Origin: Octopus sinensis
Taxonomy: Eukaryota
Length of the DNA stretch: 64,000 nucleotides
Assembly: GCF_006345805.1 (NCBI RefSeq)
Contig: NC_043004.1
Span: 34,844,001 to 34,908,000, forward strand
Direction: 5' to 3'
Position numbers and translations under genes: made by a program. Shown here one piece after another: positions 52,077-64,000 of the stretch. Numbering within the stretch: position 1 is the first letter of the stretch; each line of letters starts with the position of its first letter. The notes beneath the pieces were generated by a model. It made no database searches and had not been told where the DNA came from. It saw nothing but the letters and a program-made list of their open reading frames with translations.

Positions 52077-52708
52077 TATATATATATATACATATATATA
52101 AATACATAAATATGTATACACATATGCCTGTATGTATGTGAGTGAGCTTGACTGTATGCTTGTGTGCATGAGTGTGTGTGGTATTTTTTGATTGAAATCA
52201 CACACACGTGCGTGCACACACACACACACACACACCACACCACACAACAGAAACCATATTGATTACAATCTGAGGGAAATACACACACAAAAAAATGAAC
52301 AAGGAAAAAACTAATAAATATTAAGCAACTTATATTTATTCCTATAAATTAAAAAAAAAGATCATTGTGTCTATATACACGCAAGAATGTATATACATTT
52401 ATGTGTATGCGTATGCATGGGTGCATGTATGTGTATGCCTGTTTCTTTATCTCTCTTCCGCCAACCCATGATATTTTTAAAGAATTTTGTTAAGAAATCC
52501 AACTTGTGATATGCTCACTGACTTGTGAATAATAAATGTCAGCTTGGTTATATTGTTTATTGAAATGCAATCAAGCACACATATTTTCCATGATATGGGG
52601 GGACTCCCCAGTGAAACTATAAACCAGTTTACTTTTGTTCCGACTGTAAATACATCTTCTTACAACGCTTAAATCAATAACAACTAAAATTTGTTAGTAA
52701 TATATGTG

Positions 52709-52755
<47 letters not shown>

Positions 52756-53021
52756 TATATATATGTCTATATATGTCTATATATAATATAATATATGTAA
52801 ATTATATATATATATATATTTATATTGATAAATACATATATATATGCATAGATATATATATATATATATATGCATACACATATACACATACATGCATATA
52901 TACATAGATATGTATGTATATATATTTATTTATAATGATATATGTATGTATACATATAGATATTTATATACATATGTAGTATATATATGTGTACATATAT
53001 ATCATTATATATATGTGTGTG

Positions 53022-53053
<32 letters not shown>

Positions 53054-53100
53054 AACATATTTATATATAACATACACATGTATATATGCATGCATGTGGA
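51405..53100. repeat. TA/TG/CA low-complexity tracts
   Basis: Two long alternating purine-pyrimidine blocks (51405-52240 and 52700-53100). Confidence 0.9.
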
Positions 53101-53494
53101 TATTTTACAGAGTTCAATTTTATAGCCAGCAGTTTGGCCATTAGATTTATGCTTTCATTTTGAGTAGATATTAGTTTAAAATTTATTTCTGTCCCACCTG
53201 TCTTTTTAGTGGAAATCAAAATAAAATACAAGTTAACGATTATTTTGTCACTGCGCTTGAATAACATTCATTTCTGGTGTATAAACGATAAAAAAAAACA
53301 GAAAGAAAATGGTGTGGTACCCAGATTAGACACAGAGCCAGAGAAAAAAATAAATTTAATCATTGTGCAACTATACAAATAATTTCTCTAAATAGAGACA
53401 GTAAATACAAACATATGCCCATATGTATATATGTGAGTGTGTATATATATGTGTGTATGTGGATATATATATATATATATATATATATAGCCAT

Positions 53495-54268
53495 TTGTGC
53501 CATGTGGTGCATATGGATGAGGAGAGCTGTGTGAAGAAGTATCACTCTCTAACAGTGCATGAGGGAGACCCAGGAAGACATGGGATGAGGTGGTGAAGTA
53601 TGACCTTCAAACATTGGGCTTCACAGAGGCAATGACAAAAGACCTCTAGAGATATGCTGTGATTGAGAAGACCCAGCAAGTAAAGCGAGATGACAGCCAT
53701 AGCCAATACCAGTGATGCATAACCAACCCATTTAAAAAGTACCTGTGAATAGTCGGGCAGCACACCATGCTTGAGGAGATCTATTGAGCCAAGTAAAACC
53801 AAAATCAAAATTAAAAATCAAATCACAATCAAATGGAAATTGTAGTTGTGGCCGATGCCAGTGCTGCCTCACTGGCTCTCGTGCTGGTAGCATGCATTTG
53901 GCACTATTCATGCATGGTTCGTTGCCGGTGCTACCTGATTGGCTCCCTGTGCCGGTGACACATAAAAAGCACCATTTGAACATGGTCAATGCTAAACCCA
54001 CTGCTCCGATTGTGCTGGTAGCACATAAAAAGGACCATCCAAATGTGGCCAATGCCAGTGCTGTCTGACTGGCTCCCATGCCGGTGGCATGTAAAAAGCA
54101 CCTGCTACACTCAGGGAGCGGTTAGCATTAGGAAGGGCATCAAGCTGTAGAAACTTTGCACAGATAAGATTGAAACCTGGTGCAGCCTCCTGGCTTGCCA
54201 ATCCCCAGTCAAACTGTTCAACACATGCCAGCACGGAAAACGGACGTTAAACAATGATGATGATAATG
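53495..54268 (+). mobile_element. RTE LINE 3' end (ORF2 C-terminus, repetitive 3' UTR, (GAT)n tail)
   Basis: HVVHMDEESCVKK..RPRKTWDEVVKYDL, tandem GCCGGTGGCACGTAAAAAGCACC-type subrepeats, tail GGACGTTAAACAATGATGATG. Confidence 0.85.
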
Positions 54269-54494
54269 AGACATATATACATATATATAACACACATATA
54301 TATATATATATGTACATAAATATGTGTGTAACATGTATATATTAGTCACTATGTTTGTTTGTGTGAATGATCATAGATGAAGCAAGGGCAGTAACTCTGA
54401 GTGGCTTCACTGAATGATGCATATTTTTTTCAACTAATGTTCTGCTACAAGACTCCCCAAATGTAGCCAAAAAACGAATATGTATATATCTATA

Positions 54495-54659
54495 GGCACA
54501 GGAGTGGCTGTGTGGTAAGTAGCTTGCTTCCCAAACATATGGCTCCGGGTTCACACTCACTGCATGGCACCTTGGGTAAATGTCTTCCAGTATAGCCTTG
54601 GGCCAGCCAAAGCTGCGTGAGTGAACTTGGTAGATGGAAACTGAAAGAAGCCTGTCGTT

Positions 54660-54692
<33 letters not shown>

Positions 54693-54882
54693 CTGTGTTT
54701 GTACCCCTCAACATAACTTGACAACCAATGCTGGTATGTTTATGTTCCCATAACTTAGTTCAGCAAAAGAGACAGATAAAATAAGTACTAGGCTTACAAA
54801 GAATAAGTCCCGGGGTCCATTTGCATGACTAAAGGTGGTGCTCCAGCATGGCCATAGTCAAATGACTGAAACAAATAAAAGA
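54495..54882 (+). mobile_element. SINE family A
   Basis: Colinear with 3419-3815. Confidence 0.9.
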
Positions 54883-54883
54883 A

Positions 54884-54928
<45 letters not shown>

Positions 54929-55979
54929 TATATATATTATATATGTATGTATGTATACACACACATATAAAACACAAGAGTGAATACTGGATTAGATTCT
55001 TTGAGATGGAAATTTAAAATCTTAATTTCTCTTTGTTCAGTTCCATACACAAAGAGCCCATGGTTCTGTCCAAATTCTCTATCTGCTGCCTGAAGAGGAT
55101 GATTCTATAGCTCTTTAGATTGCAGTTAAAATCTTTTTCTTCTTCACCATGTTATTTCATGGTGAGCAAAGAGGAGAGCAAAGGTGGTTTTCCATTCTTT
55201 TTATTTTATTCCAAGTTATTTTTACACTGGCAAAACTGGCTTCAAATTTTGGCACAAGGCCTTCAATTTTCAGGAGAGGAAGCATTTTGATTACACTGAC
55301 CTCAATGCTTATTTTATCAACTGCAAAACAAAATGAGAGGTAAAATCTTGGTGGTGTTTGATCTTGGAACCTAAACATCCGCAACTACACTGACAAGCAA
55401 AATTATGAGTAGCTGTTAACTTTTATCATTTTTTCTTTCAGTTATTGCACTCCAGCCATGCTGGAGTACTGCCTTCAATGATGTAGTTGTAACAGGATGA
55501 AGGTCTCAGGAAAACTTGAGGGATGTCGGTCTTATCCTGTTACATTCAATTGTGTCGAAAGGAAAACCAAAACTTCGACTATCTTCAACAGCAATAAATA
55601 ATATTTTATTTTTGTCTGGATTCGCAAATAAAATATATACACATATAGTTTCTTCAAGGCGAACCGGTAGCCAAGTCCATAAAACTATTCACAATAGTTA
55701 ACTTGTGTGAGACAAAATGCTGTCTCCATTCCCAAGTAGAAGGCAGCTACTCTACGTGTTAGACTTTTCTTGAGAGAAGTTTGAGTCGTGTCCACTCGAT
55801 AGGGCTGCAGCTTCAAAAAGACCGATCTAGTGGGAAAACTTTCTGTTGGCAGTTCTCTGCTCATGTGCATGAGGGAACTTCCGGCAGCCTACCAGAAGTA
55901 ATCCAACTCTGCTCATGCACACTGAAAACTTCCAAAATTGCGTCACTCCATAGTCAAACAAATTGAACCTGGTACTACT

Positions 55980-56270
55980 TCTTTATTGTCTGTTTGCTTT
56001 GCTGAAACATTAAGTCAGAGGGACATAAACAAACCTAAGCTGGCAGCCAACTGGTTGTGAGAGACAGACAACGATACAAAGACAAGCACTCCACACACAC
56101 ACGCACACATACGATGTGTTTCTACACTGTTTCTGCCTATCAAATCACTCACAAGGTTTGGCCAGCCTGAGGCTATAGTAGAAGTTACTTGCCCAAGGTG
56201 CCATGCAGTGGGACTGAACCCAGAACTATGTGGTAGGGAAGCAAACTCTGTAACTACACAGCTGCACTTC
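55980..56270 (-). mobile_element. SINE family A (older, decayed)
   Basis: GGCTATAGTAGAAG..ACTTGCCCAAGGTGCCATGCAGTGGGACTGAACCC. Confidence 0.75.
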
Positions 56271-57115
56271 TAATTATTTCCCTTGTAATTACTAGTTTTT
56301 CTAAATCTTCTAACAGAGACTTTTATTCCAGCAAATGTGTCTCTTTAGTTGTGTCTCATGTTTAAGAAAACCTGAATCATAGTTGTAGAGTTGAAAGAGA
56401 AAAGACAGAGAAAGTTTGAACCCAAAGCAAAACGGTAAGAACATTTCCAGTTCCTACCACAAGAAATATAATCCAATATAAATATTTCAGATTAAGTGAC
56501 CCTTGCTTTTATAAAAAAAAAAAAAATTTACACATCCTCAATTTTCCTTAATATTTTAAGCTACACATGCCTCTCTGACTTTCTGAACCAAGCAGAACAA
56601 TTTCTTTTTATTAATTTCTCTCTTTCTCTTTGAACTCTACAACAATAATGCAATTTTGCTTTAAGCATAAAACCAAACTGAATATATGAGGCATGTTTGC
56701 TGAAATGAGAGCACCCGTCTGAAAATATAGTAGTATTATTGAATATAGGCAAATAATATTGACTTTATTCACTTGCATTTTATTATCTTTATTTCTAAAT
56801 ATAAAGAGTAATTGAAAAGAAATAAAGAAATCTGTTCGCCAAAGACTTTCCAAAACAAAGTCAGTGAATTGACATATATTTGAGAACAAAGAATTTTTGA
56901 CTTTAATATGAAGCATGGTCTTTTACGCATGATGATGCAATGATGCCGTTATATCCTCATTTTTGGACAGTGGTCAAAGTATGTTGGAAATCACATGCTT
57001 CTTTGCATATAAACTAAAAGGCTGAACTCTACACCACAAATACATACATGAGTGTGTGTGTGTTTGTGTGGCGTGTAAATATAATTAAATATATTAAATA
57101 TATAAATATAATTAC

Positions 57116-57153
<38 letters not shown>

Positions 57154-57344
57154 TATATATATGTATATACTAAAGTACATCATTTCTTCTAATATATAAT
57201 ACCTGTACATCATCTCCAAACCTTCTAATATATATACTAATGTGTGTGTGTGTGTATATATATATATATGTGTGTGTGTGTGTATATATATATATATGTG
57301 TGTGTGTGTGTATGTGTGTGTGTATGTGTATGTGTGTATAAAGC

Positions 57345-57620
57345 AGAGATTAAAAGAGATGTAAGACAAGGATGTGTGTTATCGTGAAACCTATTTAATA
57401 TCTACACTGAGTATATATTTAGAGTGATTCAGATGAGATCAAAGGTCTCACTGTCAATGACACAAACAGAAAGAATGTACGATATGCTGATGAAACAGCA
57501 TTATTGGCAGATAGCAATGAGAAACTACAAGAAGTTGTTAAGGCTGTAAAAGAGTAAAATGATAAGGAAGGCCCCAAACATGAATGTAAAAATAAACAAA
57601 GGCAATGATTATTAATAAGA
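57345..57620 (+). mobile_element. RTE-like RT fragment
   Basis: VRQGCVLS*NLFNIYTE ... RYADETALLADSNEKLQE. Confidence 0.75.
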
Positions 57621-58074
57621 GAGATTCAAAGGAACCGCCAGATGAGTTTGTTCTATGTAATGTTTGCTGCATTCGTTATATTTAAGAGTACGAAGTAAAT
57701 TTTCTGATGAGCAAGTTAAGGCAATTCTATGTCCTGATTTGTATTATCAAAATATCTTCAATAAAATGGGTTCTGCAGTTTGGAAAAGGACATTTTTTGA
57801 AATTTATTTTTTGACTATTCATGTCATATTTTATTGGGTAATTTGGCATTGGCAATTATTTTTAAGGATTTTAGGGATTTGACAATTTTGCATGTATAGT
57901 GGAAGGCCCATGGCATAGTAGTAAAGGTGTTGGACTGATAGTCATAAGGTAATCAGTTCAATTTCTAGAATTGGGTGGTGTATTTTGTCCTTGGGCATGG
58001 CACTTCATTCCATGTTAACCCATATATATGTATGTGTGTATGAATGTAAGAGTGTATGTATTGCACACGCACAG

Positions 58075-59200
58075 AAGGTGCATTCCAGAAGTTTTGAAAC
58101 TTTTAGAAGAGGTAGTTATAACTGTCTTAGATTATTATAATTTTAATATATTATTGCTATATGAGCTGCCTTACTAAATTTGTTATTTCAGATTGAAGGA
58201 GACAGCTGTAACAACATTCTGAACACATTTTAGAGGACACTGCTTGTCACAGCTGAGAAATATGCAGAATGCAGACGGGACAATTGGAAGTTAGTTAGTT
58301 AGTTAGTTAGTTAGTTAATTAGTTAATTTTTGGCTCAAAAAGCAAAAAGCAAGGCCATGTAGGGGAGACATGGAGTTATGTACAGGGTGGTGTTCATGTA
58401 AAGAGTTCAGGCCACTTGTGGTCAAGGGAGACTTTGAACCGAGCGGTCATCGGCATCTTCACCATCTCGTTCGGCAGTTTATTCCATGGATCCGCAACCC
58501 GGACGGAGAAAGCCCCTCTCCTTCGATTGAGATGAAACCGTCACAGATAGAGCTTTTCGGAATGACCCCACTGCTGACGCTCTGGAGCAGGAGTGAAGAA
58601 CAGCTCTTTCGAGAGGTTACACTTTCCGCTTATGATGTTGTGAGCAAGAATGAGATCACCACGGCGTCGTCGTTTTTCTAGAGAATAAAAGCTTACTATG
58701 CAAAACGGTTTTGTGCTAAACTAGCCAAAAATGCTACTGAAACTTATGGAATTCTCCAGACTGCTTGTAGATTAACTTTTCCCTTCACACAAGAGGTTCA
58801 AGAGTGGGGTAGAGAGGAGGTGAGAGATAATGAGAAGTGCAGAAGGGAAAAAAAATGTCAGATCGTCAGAACTAGTTGAGAAAATTCACAATTTTCTCAA
58901 CAAAGATCATTGTCTATAATGACAATAACCATACAATTTGGAGTTGATGTAGCAACTGTATGCAGAGTTATTCACGAAAGATCTCAATAGGTGCGAAATT
59001 TGTGCAAAGTCTGTTCCCAAAGTGCTCAGTGATAAGCATTCTGGTAAGCAACTTCCTGGCAGAAATGGACATTAAAACTGTCGCTCGATCTCCCTGCAAT
59101 CCAGACCTTGCTTCCTGTAACTTTTGATTGTTCCCCAAGTTGAAAAAATCTCAGGGGCAGTCATTTCGAAAATGAAGGAGACAAGTGTAACAAGTGTCCT
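58075..59200 (+). mobile_element. Mariner transposon remnant, interrupted by CR1
   Basis: FCAKLAKNATETYGILQTA, ICAKSVPKVLSD and SPCNPDLASCNF*LFPKLKK (WVPxxL and YSPDLAPxD motifs). Confidence 0.8.
58290..58685 (-). mobile_element. CR1 LINE 3' fragment with (AACT)n tail, nested in a mariner
   Basis: Minus strand GHSEKLYL*RFHLNRRRGAFSVRVADPWNKLP; (TTAG)n at 58290-58325; CpG-rich, so probably young. Confidence 0.85.
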
Positions 59201-59569
59201 GTGTGTATGTAATTGCAGTTGTTGTTTTATTATTATTTATATTTATAACAGATTTTTTTTCTTTTCTTTTCCTTGTCTCTTTGCTTGTTTGACATTCATT
59301 GTTTTCATCAAGTTTTCATTAACCACTCATACCTGCTGTCACATAAGCTGTGGTTTCTACTTCAGTTTTCGGTTGTATGGCAGTAATGTGACTCGTGTGT
59401 GTGTGTGTGTGTGTGTGCGTGAGCCTATTTGGTTTTTCAGAGAGGTCAAATAGAACTCAATATCTAAAGCACTGTATGAATATTTCAAAGTTAGTTTGAT
59501 ACATTATTTGGGATGAAACGTTGGGCCTTTCACTAACCCCTGTAGCTTTTCATTCAATGATGATGATAA

Positions 59570-59880
59570 GTCAGGTTTGTAAATTGAAGTTGATAGAAAA
59601 TTGGTATGAACACATGACAGAGACTGTTATGGTGAATGATAATTACAGGAGTTTATGTGACTTTTTCACAATAATTAAACCATATTATTAAAGAAAGGTG
59701 ACAAGATATGATAGAAAAGTATGAGAAAGGGAAAAAGAGAGTAAGATCATAGACTTTGCAATACCTTTTAGAAGTGAGACATGTATTGCCAACCTGCTGA
59801 AAAGTGTTATCTTGTATTCTGCAAGAACCAAAAGGAAGATTCTTGTGATTTGAGGAGACTTGTCACCAGACACCAAGGTA
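59570..59880 (+). mobile_element. R4/Dong-like (RLE) LINE remnant
   Basis: NWYEHMTETVMVNDNYRSLCDF (KWYEHxPExVxENExxKILWDF-like) and SKIIDFAIP. Confidence 0.65.
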
Positions 59881-61335
59881 ACATCCTTGCCAATTAAATT
59901 TGCACGTAATTAACAGTTAAATGTCTTATTTAGAACCATAATCTATATTATTTGATATAAAGAGTTAATCTTTTTAACTGACAGAGGGAAACCCTCTAAT
60001 CTCTATCATGAGAGATTAGGACTTAAATGTCTCCAAATTTCAGTTGTTTGATAACAGACTTCAGCATTATATAATAGCAAATTCTAGTCCAAGAATAATT
60101 GTATCTATGAAGCCAACACAAAGATGATTACGACTGTACCTTACTTTTTTTACATTATATTATTTTTATTTGTAGAATAGCAAAATGTTGCGAAAAAAAA
60201 AAAGCCCAAAGTTATAGAAATATTTGTTTCAAGGAAGAATATTTTGACACCAATGAAGACAGCAGAGAATTTAATGTCTGTCAGTTTATGTCTGCTTGGA
60301 GCAACTAATGTTCCTTTGTAGCCTAAAATAATTTTAAATTGTCATTGATGATCAAAATAATCATAAATGACAATATTCTTGGTTTCAGAATGAAATATTA
60401 ATATTTTCAGTTGGTGTGGAAAAAAGAAAGAAACAAATATAAAAAAAACATAGATTGTTTGAGTTTTCAACCCAACAAAAATATAATGTATATTTTAATA
60501 ATTAAATTATATAATTTTCTGACAATCCAGTGCCTCTGTTTGTCTAAAATTACTAAATGAGATTCCTTTTTGACTAATGATTTAAGAAGATAGTCACAGA
60601 ATGTTAGTTTAAGGTAGAAGACATCTAATAGACAGGTTTGTGATTTCTGTTCTGTCGCAGAAGTTGCAATGTGTTCATTGCTAAAAGGCTAAATTCTCAA
60701 ATACACAGAACATAATCCAATGTCTAGTTAACAGCACCATTTAGCCGTTAGCATTTTCTGCAGTGGAATCCATTCTGTTATACAAGTCTTAATAACTGGT
60801 CACTGGTCTGAAGATAAGTTCCTCCACTAGTCTCAGAGACCTTGAAAAAGTGTCATGGCCACTGAACCTCTTTTCTAGCTAAACCATCAAATAAAATTTT
60901 AAAAGCATACTTCGAATTGTTAATAAGGTCTGGAAGAGTTGAAGAGAGATCATTGCACTAAGAAGTAGCAGCACTCCTAATGTCTTTGATGGTACCTCTT
61001 TCAAAACAAGATTCAACATTATTTCTGAATGATTCTACATTATAGAATTATTGATTGCTTTTGATCCTGTGGAGGCATGAACTTTGGGTATGGCACAGTT
61101 GCTTAAGTGAATGCCACAAAAATTATGGTAATGGCTGCAAACATGATTGTGTGTTTGTGTAGTGAAGAGGTTTGATTCACAAGATGTAGATGACAAGTCT
61201 CCTCAAATCGCAAAAATCTTCCTTTTGGTTCTTGCAGAATACAAGATAACACTTTTCAGCAGGTTGGCAATACATGTCTCACTTCTAAAAGGTATTGCAA
61301 AGTCTATGATCTTACTCTCTTTTTCCCTTTCTCAT
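59721..61335. repeat. 145-bp near-perfect inverted repeat (arms 59721-59865 and 61191-61335)
   Basis: Arms differ at 2 of 145 positions by eye; 1325-bp spacer. Confidence 0.92.
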
Positions 61336-62309
61336 CCTTTATACGCACTTTCTGACAAGTTGTGGTGCAACTGAGCACTATATACAATAATTTCACTATT
61401 ATTGTCATTTTAAGCCTCCACAGCCATACATTCATTCGTCTCTCCTCACTCCTTCTTACTCACTGGAACCATATCTGCATCTCTACTATTTATTTCACAA
61501 ACTTGACAATCTTAGCTCCCTGCCATTTCTGCCTTTAACTGGTTCCACCTAAATCTTTACAAGTTCCTCAATGAACTGCTACAAACCCCTCATCTCCACC
61601 TCAATAACACATTTTAGGTACAAGCATTATCTCCTAGATTTTTACAAATGATTTCTTTTTCTCCAAGACATTCCAAATTTCTGTTCACCATTGATGATAA
61701 ATCCTTCCACAGAGTCAACCCGAGCCAAAGTGACAGCCTATTGGCCTTAAGTATGTCTTTGATTGCTGCTCCCTCTTCAGACCCAACAACAAACACCACC
61801 CTTCTTCATTTAGCCAAACTCTTCTTCACAATCAGTTACTTCCCATTGACTGGGCAATTTTACAAGCACGTTAGTGAGGCCATCAAGAACATAAAGATAA
61901 GTTCAAAGAATAATCTCTTTGTAGACTCATTTCACTGCACTGGATCTACTCCGGGGACATAATGACCACTAACAATGACAAAAGTACATCAATGCCAACA
62001 GCTTTATCAGGCATCAACTCAGTAATGATATTTATTATTATTTCATTTTATCTGAAGAATTCACTGCTACTGTATCTGACACCTCCTTCATCTTCCTTGA
62101 TATCATTATCATTTCACTTCCAGCCAATTCCCATCATGCCAGGAAACACCAAATCCACTAACTTCTTGTATGAATTTCTCTGATATTTGAATTCATTGGC
62201 TTTGCAACACTGACTCAAACTTCAAAGAAACATGCCAGTTTCTCAATCAAGGTTATTCTTTATTGTTGGCATATCTTGCCCAGCTCGGAGCTGAAAATGG
62301 CACCCATAC

Positions 62310-62459
62310 TATTATGTACATTATTTACATTTGACAGATATTTGTCCTCATTTTGTTTGTTGTTAACACAATGTTTCGACTGATATACCCTCCATCATTC
62401 ATCAGGTGTCTTGGGGAAATTTCGAACCTGGGTTCTCATTCCTAAGGTATTTTCCGATG

Positions 62460-62495
<36 letters not shown>

Positions 62496-62525
62496 TCACT
62501 GCTTGGAATCGAACTCGGAATCTTG
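62310..62525 (-). mobile_element. Second locus of the tRNA-head/(AAT)n/hammerhead SINE-like family
   Basis: Minus strand: B box GAGTTCGATTCC, then AGCAGTGACCTG, (AAT)n, then GACAC-CTGATGA...GAAA-CATT-GTGTT at 62365-62410. Colinear with 25001-25220. Confidence 0.75.
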
Positions 62526-64000
62526 ATTAATAAAGATCTGCATTCTTCCATAGGAACCAAAATTATTTAGTCAGTAAAAGGCACAGACACTGGATATTCT
62601 ATCAGCCCTAAATTTATTTAAATGGAATTAATTCTTGTCTTCACAAAATGGAATTTGTGAAGAATACTGAATGAATGCAGGTACATTCTACAGACAAACA
62701 TCACCGACGTCTACTAGGAATTCAACTGTTCTAGTGAGACTTATTAATCTCACAAGGAAGCTATGTAATCATAGATTTTCTGCAAGTTATCATTTAATCA
62801 AATTTTTCTTCATAAAACTAGATACAAAACAAGACACACCATTGAAGAATCAAAATGTTTTTGTATTCTTGAATAAGAGATCTAATTATAACAAATAATA
62901 ATTTTGGTTGTCTTTTGGTAAAAAAAAAAAAAAGAAAAAAGTATAGCATATTTCTGAGAATCAAGAAAAACTGCGAGAGACAGATGCTACATTTGCCTAT
63001 TTTTTTCATAACAATTGCAAAGCTTGTGTAGAAAAATGTATAATAAGTGATTATTGGATTTGTTAGTTTATTTTTGTGTTGTTCTGCAACACTTTGCCTG
63101 AAACCTTATTGTATAGAACTCAAGAGGTGGCTCTTCTTTTGCACACTGTTAATAAATACACCTTAGGCTTAAAACAAATTGCATGAAGCAGAGTTTTGCA
63201 TGAAACAATATTTTCCTAAACTATGAAGAAATTATGCTCTTTTCCTTAGGCATTCATCATTTTTTCTGTCTTCACGCACCTACACAAGTAATTGAACAAA
63301 TTTAGCTCTTTTCCTCCAGTTTTTCTGAAATGATAATCTTTTCCTTATTTTATTTTTTTTTTCTAACACAATACATCATCCTAAGAACTATTTCTTATGT
63401 TTGATACAAGTATATTCCATTTTTTAACCTTCTCTCTTCAAGAGTTGTATTGGCCCACAGGAATAACTTGTTAGCAAGTCTCCTTTATACCATATTCCTT
63501 GTGTCATGTGATATTCTGGACAAGGCATTACACATCACCTACTTATCAAATAATGGAAGATTGGATTTCCAAAACTAAATGCAAACTAAAGAGCATTTTC
63601 ACGGTTTACATGAAGCTGAAGAAATGAATTAAATAATCCAATATTTGGTGAACTTGCAAGCAAACCCAATATTAATACTATCTCGATATTATACAAGTAT
63701 TGTAGCATTTCTACTTAACTGTGGAAATATATAAATATTATGTGTATATGTGTATTTGTTTTATATATGTGGTTGTGTGTGTGTGTGTAGTATAATATAT
63801 GGTTTCATAGAATCATATAGCTTTCACAGAAAGCTCCGCTGGCAAACTCAGCTAACAGACCACATAATAATCCAGTAGAGAAGTGCATAATGCAGAGTTC
63901 CATACAACTGAAATCCATGAAATGCAATTTTGATGAAATTATTTCATGAGGAGCAGATATAAACCATAAAAAGTCATAATGTATGAGAGGTGAATATATT

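Noticed and set aside
51384-53125. Many overlapping ORFs rich in Y/I/C/V/M/H/T (also at 28513-28827, 38544-38935, 40608-41232 and 49652-49963)
   Set aside because: Translations of TA/TG/CA microsatellites; no coding signal.
55488-55600. Hairpins (TGTAACAGGAT/ATCCTGTTACA; GTCGAA/TTCGAC) with TTGAAGA on the minus strand as a further hammerhead
   Set aside because: No GAAA or stem III can be placed; too degenerate to support.

Overview
AT-rich, repeat-saturated animal DNA. The SINE families, RTE tails and microsatellite load point to a coleoid cephalopod, probably Octopus (recognised by eye, not searched). No intact protein-coding gene is visible. Almost all ORFs in the track are microsatellite or TE artefacts, and only a few weak candidate small exons have good splice sites, so the window reads as intronic or intergenic. 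It holds many tRNA-derived SINEs, RTE/CR1/CRE/R4-type LINE fragments (one with a PHD finger inside the RT region), an internally deleted Ty3/gypsy element with LTRs, PBS and PPT, Tc1/mariner remnants, TTAA-flanked MITEs and a Penelope-like (GIY-YIG) remnant. The standout signal is a set of unrelated non-coding elements that each carry a type I hammerhead ribozyme with a palindromic (dimer-type) stem III and share a Penelope-style tandem and/or 5'-inverted layout. These are a very young ~600-bp tandem array with two intact hammerheads (28795-30171), a ~356-bp unit (45470-45944), a tRNA-headed SINE-like element with a hammerhead motif near its 3' end (24140-25220, 62310-62525) and decayed copies. 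Together they suggest a Penelope-mobilised retrozyme/circRNA system.
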